Source: Microcystis aeruginosa NIES-843
GTDB taxonomy: Bacteria; Cyanobacteriota; Cyanobacteriia; Cyanobacteriales; Microcystaceae
Reading direction: 5' to 3'
Length of the DNA stretch: 32,000 nucleotides
NCBI RefSeq assembly: GCF_000010625.1
Contig: NC_010296.1
Coordinates: 1,200,001 to 1,232,000 of the forward strand
Shown here: positions 27,218 to 32,000 of the stretch, piece after piece
How positions within the stretch are numbered: position 1 is the stretch's first letter
Layout of the letters: each line of letters opens with the position of its first letter
The notes under the pieces: generated by a model
Database searches by the model: none
What the model saw: the letters and a program-made list of their open reading frames with translations, nothing else
Told to the model about the DNA's origin: nothing
Translations under genes and position numbers: made by a program

Positions 27218-27749
27218 ACTCGGCACGGGGATGAGGGACTCCTAATACTCAGGATAATCGATGTTAACGGGCCAAAGGGGAGCTAGTAATGGTAATTAAT
27301 CCTTAAGATTTTCCCCGGTCGGTTGAGCCAAGGGGTGGGTATCTAGACCTAATCATAGATGGGCAAGTCGATGGAAAACAGTTTAATCACCCCGGATTTA
27401 CTGCTCTGGGTCATTAGTTTTTTGCCAACTCCAACCAGAAGTATAGTTTCTCAATTCCTTGCTAGGTATAGCTTGATCGGTTTTATGTCCTCACTTTCTC
27501 CTCCCTGTTTTCCTCGCACCCGACCAAAAATTGCGAGAGTCTTAACCAAAAATTTCCTCTCCCCCACAAGGTTTACACTTACTACCTAGTCTGGGGTCTT
27601 CTTAGCACGATTGTCATCACCGAACCATCAGTTTTAAAAAATTTATTATTCCCCTCTAGACATTTTTGGCAAGATTTTTGGTATGATCAATTTGTCAGTG
27701 TAAACTTAATTGACAGTCAGTCAAAAATCAAGGGACATTTAAAAGTACC

Positions 27750-28136
27750 ATGAGTGATATCTCTCCTACTCCCCTAACCGGGAAAGCTCTACTACAAAAA
27801 GTCAAAGAGTTGGCCCACTTACCCCGTCGCGAAACGGCAAAACGTTGTGGTTACTACTCCCAAAGTAAAGATGGTCAAGTTCGGGTCAATTTAACCGACT
27901 TTTACGATGCTGTTTTGGGTGCAAAAGGGGTTCCTCTCGATCCCGAAGGCACTAAAGATGGCCGCGGCCGCGAACCCACTTTCCGGGTTAGTGTCCACAA
28001 AAATGGTCAAATCGTCATCGGTTCCACCTATACCGAACAAATGAACTTGCAGCCCGGCGATGAATTTGAAATCAAACTTGGCTACAAGCACATCCACCTC
28101 AAACAAATGGAATCAGAAGAACCAGTAGAAGCTTAA
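27750..28136 (+). CDS. Cyanobacterial AbrB-like (CyAbrB) transcriptional regulator
   Basis: 128 aa. The N-terminal region is LTGKALLQKVKELAHLPRRETAKRCGYY. The C-terminal AbrB/SpoVT swapped-hairpin domain is RVSVHKNGQIVIGSTYTEQMNLQPGDEFEIKLGYKHIHLKQ. Confidence 0.9.
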   Translation: MSDISPTPLTGKALLQKVKELAHLPRRETAKRCGYYSQSKDGQVRVNLTDFYDAVLGAKGVPLDPEGTKDGRGREPTFRVSVHKNGQIVIGSTYTEQMNLQPGDEFEIKLGYKHIHLKQMESEEPVEA

Positions 28137-28304
28137 ATAGGTTACGGAGTAGGGATAAGGATAAAAAAAATCGGCAGTCAAAAGGGCTAGTTTTGACAAG
28201 ACCGACCAAAAAGACAATATAGATTCTTATCCCTAATTCTAACCCCTGACCGCCTCTTTCATCAACTCGAGGGGTTTTCCTTAAGCACTTTTTCTTCTTT
28301 TTCG

Positions 28305-28385
28305 CAACCCCCTAGGGATGGATTTTTGTTGGAGCTAGGCTTTTCCAGAGCAAAGTTCCACAGTTATCCTATGCCTAGGGGGTTG
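28305..28385. repeat. Perfect 12-bp inverted repeat separated by 57 nt
   Basis: caaccccctagg (28305-28316) is the reverse complement of cctagggggttg (28374-28385). It is a MITE-like or long hairpin element between cyAbrB and the CPBP gene. Confidence 0.5.
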
Positions 28386-28452
28386 GTTTTATGGGTGTTA
28401 GGAGACAGGAGACTCCGAGTTAGTATTCAGGAGATTATTTTTGTTTATTCTT

Positions 28453-28534
28453 CCCACACCCCACACCCCACACCCCACACCCCACACCCCACACCCCACA
28501 CCCTACACCCCACACCCCACACCCCACACCCCAC
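28453..28534. repeat. (CCCCACA)n heptamer array with 12 C-tracts
   Basis: 82 bp with one variant unit (ccctaca). It ends 21 nt before the ATG at 28556. The - strand reads (GGGGTGT)n. Confidence 0.95.
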
Positions 28535-28555
28535 TTCTCTAACACCTAATTGACA

Positions 28556-29350
28556 ATGGACATTGCTGCCTTAATAAAAATTATTATTTTCCTGTTAGTC
28601 TGGTTAATTCTCTGGCTGCCCATTGCCATTGTTTTAGGGAGTCGTTTGGGATGGCAACCGCTGCAAGGGACAAAACCTGACCAGAAATTGCCACTGGTGG
28701 CCTCTCTTTACGTCTTGGCTCCCTTAGTTATCTGGGGATTATTAAAGATAGAGGGGAGCAGCCTCCATAATTACGGATTAATTTGGTCATTTTCCCTATT
28801 TATCTCCCTAACTAAAGGATTAATCCTAGCAGTGGTGGGATTAGGGATAATTTTTTTCCTAGAGGGGATTTTGACATGGGTACATTGGCAGCCCAAAAAC
28901 CTCACTCGCGCTTTTTTCTTGAGTTCACCCCTGTTGATAGTGGCCCTCTGGGTGGGTATTACCGAGGAATTAATCTTTCGGGGCATCTTTTTGAGCCAAT
29001 TAAGCCAAGAATACGGTTTTTGGGTGGCGGGAGCCATTTCTAGCCTAATTTTTGCCCTGCTGCACCTGCTTTGGGAACGTCAGCAAACGCTGCCGCAACT
29101 ACCCGGTTTATTTCTGATGGGGATGGTTCTGGTCTGGGCGCGGGCGATCGATCATGGTAGTTTAGGATTAGCTTGGGGACTTCATGGCGGTTGGGTATGG
29201 GGATTGGCCTTGCTAGACAGTGCCGAATTGATGTCTTACAGCGATTCTGGGTTAGCTTGGGTTAAAGGTATCTATAACCAACCTTTAGCGGGTTTAGCCG
29301 GCATTCTTTGCCTCTTGGGGACAGCTTGGGGGTTAAACTTGCTTCAGTAG
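28556..29350 (+). CDS. CPBP-family (CAAX/Abi-type) intramembrane glutamic endopeptidase
   Basis: It is a multi-TM protein with ITEELIFRG (EExxxR), FALLH (FxxxH) and a later HGGW motif. The start is set at the ATG at 28556 rather than the TTG at 28550. Confidence 0.8.
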   Translation: MDIAALIKIIIFLLVWLILWLPIAIVLGSRLGWQPLQGTKPDQKLPLVASLYVLAPLVIWGLLKIEGSSLHNYGLIWSFSLFISLTKGLILAVVGLGIIFFLEGILTWVHWQPKNLTRAFFLSSPLLIVALWVGITEELIFRGIFLSQLSQEYGFWVAGAISSLIFALLHLLWERQQTLPQLPGLFLMGMVLVWARAIDHGSLGLAWGLHGGWVWGLALLDSAELMSYSDSGLAWVKGIYNQPLAGLAGILCLLGTAWGLNLLQ

Positions 29351-30130
29351 CCAAAAGCCGGTAAAAGTGCGACCAGAATCATCCGGTTGTATGAGGAGAA
29401 AGTGTAAACCTTGGCCTTCCTCTTTGGTTGCTTGATAAGCATTGGCTGCCCGGGCCACTTCTTCATCTTCGTAGGTCAGGAAAATCCAACGCTCATTTAG
29501 ACCCGATTCCAAGACTAAACCGCCCGATCGCCCCGTTTCTGTGGGAATATGATCGATAAATACTGGGTTAATTTCCTCTAACCAACGAGCGATCGCCAGA
29601 GATTTTTTACCACCGGTAATAACCACACTGGGGATCATTAAAGTGGAGGCTAAACCTAGTTTTAAAGGAGAAAAGGCCTCTGGTAGGGAAAGAATCGGTA
29701 TTCGGCGATCGCCAAAAAAGTTAACTAAATCAACGGCGGGAAAACGAGCAAAACGCCACTCTTGACCTAAAAATTGGTCGGGTACGGGTTGTGGTGGAGG
29801 ATAGTCGATATTTATGGGGATTTGCCGCAATTCTAGCTGTTTTTTCAGGGCGTTAACGTGACGGGTTAACTCGATTTTGATCTGTAAATTCTGACCAGCG
29901 AGGAGAAATAAATTGGCGCATTGGGGGCGAAAAACTTGGATAATTTCTGGGGGGGAGACTTGACAAGCTTGCTGTAACTGTTGGGTTAACCAGTCGCTAT
30001 TAGCTTGGGATTGGGGACAGGAATTTTCATAGATAAGATGACCGAGAGGATCGGAAATTAACAATTGCCAGACTGTGCCAAGAGGGGAAGAAGATGAAGA
30101 TTTATAAAAATCCGCTTGCCAAATAGTCAT
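29333..30130 (-). CDS. Tab2/DUF1092-like RNA-binding protein
   Basis: 265 aa. The N-terminus MTIWQADFY...VWQLLISD resembles the WELDFY...W.LLICD start of the cyanobacterial Tab2 family. The assignment is from memory of the family pattern only. Confidence 0.6.
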   Translation of the reverse strand: MTIWQADFYKSSSSSPLGTVWQLLISDPLGHLIYENSCPQSQANSDWLTQQLQQACQVSPPEIIQVFRPQCANLFLLAGQNLQIKIELTRHVNALKKQLELRQIPINIDYPPPQPVPDQFLGQEWRFARFPAVDLVNFFGDRRIPILSLPEAFSPLKLGLASTLMIPSVVITGGKKSLAIARWLEEINPVFIDHIPTETGRSGGLVLESGLNERWIFLTYEDEEVARAANAYQATKEEGQGLHFLLIQPDDSGRTFTGFWLLKQV

Positions 30131-30280
30131 AATTCAGTAAAAAGTCACCAGTAAAAAGTCAAAAAATGGTCAGGAGTAGAGGTCAACTAAAAATTTTACC
30201 TTACCAAGACTTTTAAAATCTAGGAGCGAGACAAAAAAGGCTATATACTAGGGAAAGCTATAGCAAAAAATATCGAGACA

Positions 30281-30859
30281 ATGGAAGAAAATTGGCTAGA
30301 AATTGGGACAATAGTAGCACCCCAGGGACTGGAGGGAGAATTGCGAGTTTTATCGGTATCAGATTTTCCCGAACGTTTTCAGAAGCGAGGGATGAGGGGA
30401 ATACAAGGACCCCAGGGGGGAGAAATCCGAGAAATTACTCTGCTCAGGGGACGTGAGCTACCGGGCAAAAATGTTTATGTTATCAAGTTAGAGGGGGTTG
30501 AAAATCGGGAACAAGCCGAAGCTTTGCGCGGATATAAATTATGGGCGAATAAACTAGAAAAACCGCGCCTAAAAGCGGATGAATATCATGTTAGCGAGCT
30601 AGTGAACTTAGAGGTTTATCATCACCTTACAGGAGAAAAAATCGGGGTTGTGGTAGATATTTTCTGGGCGGGTAATGACATTTTAGCAGTGCAACTAGAA
30701 GCAAATCTCGCCTCTGTCAAGAAAAAAAGTCCATCCTCCGACTCAGAGGCCAGGGCCTTGGTCCCCTTCGTCAAAGAAATTGTTCCACTGGTGGATCTGA
30801 AAGCGGCACGCATCGAGATTGCGCCACCACCGGGGTTATTAGAGATCAATTTATCCTAG
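30281..30859 (+). CDS. rimM: 16S rRNA processing protein RimM
   Basis: 192 aa. It has an EIGTIVAPQGLEGELRV N-terminal RimM barrel and a C-terminal PRC-barrel-like region. Confidence 0.85.
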   Translation: MEENWLEIGTIVAPQGLEGELRVLSVSDFPERFQKRGMRGIQGPQGGEIREITLLRGRELPGKNVYVIKLEGVENREQAEALRGYKLWANKLEKPRLKADEYHVSELVNLEVYHHLTGEKIGVVVDIFWAGNDILAVQLEANLASVKKKSPSSDSEARALVPFVKEIVPLVDLKAARIEIAPPPGLLEINLS

Positions 30860-30936
30860 TGGGACTTAAACGATCAACAAGAGTATAATAGAGTATAATC
30901 GTTACAGAGTAAGCACTTGACGTTGAGAGAGCAGCG

Positions 30937-31375
30937 ATGAAAGAGACAACCCCAGCCGCAATGCCCCCATGCTTTGACCGATGGTGTCGGCGGTTTGACA
31001 ATTGCTTCAAAAACGAAGCGCAAAAAAACGGCTTCAGACAATATTTAGGAGGATTATTAGGGGAAAGTGAGAGGAAAAACCTCACTCAAATGGCCAATAA
31101 TGCCGTCGGAGTAGTTTATAACCGATTACATCACTTTTTGACCGAATCGACTTGGTCAGACCGTAAGGTAAATGAATGTCGGTTGCAAGTGATGAACCAA
31201 TGCCGCCAGACGGGAATCCCCCGAGGATTTGCGCTGATTGTCGATGACTCAGGACATCGAAAAAGCGGCAATCTGACCGCCGGAGTTGGGAGGCAGTACC
31301 TGGGAGAAATTGGCTCCCACAGACAAGGGAATAGTCACCGTCACTACCCATCTCTACGACGGGAAAAAAAGTTGG
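30937..31375 (+). pseudogene. IS701-like DDE transposase, 5' fragment with a frameshift
   Basis: The N-terminal 125 aa (FKNEAQKNGFRQYLGGLLGESERKNLTQMA...LHHFLTESTWSD...ALIVDDSGHRKSG) are typical of IS701-type transposases. The frame slips near 31310 (the alternative frame reads TDKGIVTVTTHLYDGKKSW). The gene is truncated after ~31375. Confidence 0.6.
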
Positions 31376-31576
31376 TAATGATTCGGTAGTAGTGGCGTAG
31401 CCCTCTTGCTTACCTGGTATGAATTGTGTAAAATATTTATTAATAAAAATAATTGCAACCCGCTCAGTCTTTAAACCTCTAGCTTGATCATGACTTTTCT
31501 AATAACTGGACTTCCCCGTTGACAAAAAGCCATAACCTATGCTGTAGGAGGGATTAAGAGAATTTCCAGCACCCCG

Positions 31577-31906
31577 TTACTGGGTACAAATCAGGGAAAC
31601 TCCCAATAAATCTAACGCTTTTTGTTGCAGTTGAGTCGGTCGAGTTATCTTAGAAAAACGATAACTTCCCTCTCTAATCGTACATTCCACTGTATTCAAG
31701 CAAATTGTCCCCAGGTCTTCCAACAAAGTCCGAAAACTATGCACAGGAAAGTTCTCTTGATTCCGTTTTTTTCTTTCCTTAGATTGCACCGATTCACTGC
31801 GACTCGCTTTAATCACATTCAGAGAACCATCATCAATTTCTTCATCCTCAAATAACAAAGGAGCCAAAGACTGTTTTAAATGCCATTCCACATAATAAGC
31901 CAACAT
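31577..31906 (-). pseudogene. C-terminal fragment of an IS4/IS1634-like transposase
   Basis: The 109-aa ORF begins inside the conserved (M)LAYYVEWHLKQ region and ends LLGVSLICTQ. No N-terminal catalytic part lies upstream. Confidence 0.5.
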
Positions 31907-32000
31907 ACATAAAAAGGCTCTTCGTTACCCTTTATGCTAAATCAACATACAAGATGCCAAGATAACATACTTCTAACCCAAAAATTCCGAAAGTTTCTCA

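Noticed and set aside
27359-27589. 76-aa ORF in the sdhB/cyAbrB divergent intergenic region
   Set aside because: It has no recognisable motifs and an odd composition. It lies where two divergent promoters are expected. I leave it unannotated.
27666-27687. ttggca / tatgat as a sigma70-type promoter for cyAbrB
   Set aside because: The spacer is only about 10 nt, far from the 17-nt optimum, so I do not report it as a promoter.
28326-28553. 75-aa ORF with a HTPHPTP repeat
   Set aside because: It is the translation of the (CCCCACA)n array, and the upstream part has no coding signal.
29333-29350. 18-bp overlap of the convergent CPBP and Tab2-like genes
   Set aside because: Short 3' overlaps of convergent genes are common, and nothing further supports a functional antisense interaction.

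Overview
This 32-kb chromosomal window comes from a unicellular cyanobacterium. It has many HIP1 palindromes (GCGATCGC), numerous heptanucleotide STRR-like arrays and a dense MITE load. The repeat style and gene content look Microcystis-like, but that is a recollection, not a search result. I support about 27 coding regions. Housekeeping genes are an M23 peptidase, an ABC exporter, a metallophosphoesterase, a class A PBP, a pentapeptide-repeat protein, yebC, rtcB with an NrdG-like radical-SAM gene, dnaK, gltS, por, a CsgG-like protein, sdhB, cyAbrB, a CPBP protease, a Tab2-like protein and rimM. There are three accessory patches. (i) 1.3-4.4 kb holds an AT-rich NACHT/STAND NTPase, bordered by a MITE on one side and by a 27-bp tandem repeat array plus a truncated cysteine-desulfurase remnant on the other. 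(ii) 8.4-13.2 kb holds a decayed IS30 element with a nested MITE, further MITEs, a Uma2-nuclease/Dam-like methyltransferase pair, a membrane-anchored GUN4-domain protein and a PIN/RHH toxin-antitoxin pair. (iii) 30.9-32.0 kb holds nested IS debris. I found no rRNA, tRNA or CRISPR array. The most unusual signal is inside the NACHT gene: 35 consecutive sense codons all end in C, so G occupies every third + strand base from 2095 to 2197. This block encodes a hydrophobic two-helix hairpin in a gene that otherwise prefers A/T-ending codons. Conserved third positions with varied first and second positions is the reverse of ordinary coding drift, and I cannot explain it from the window alone. Other items worth follow-up are the rtcB/radical-SAM operon, an ORF-free structured ~0.6-kb region upstream of por, a (CCCCACA)12 array abutting the CPBP protease start, and a MITE family with TAANTA target-site duplications.
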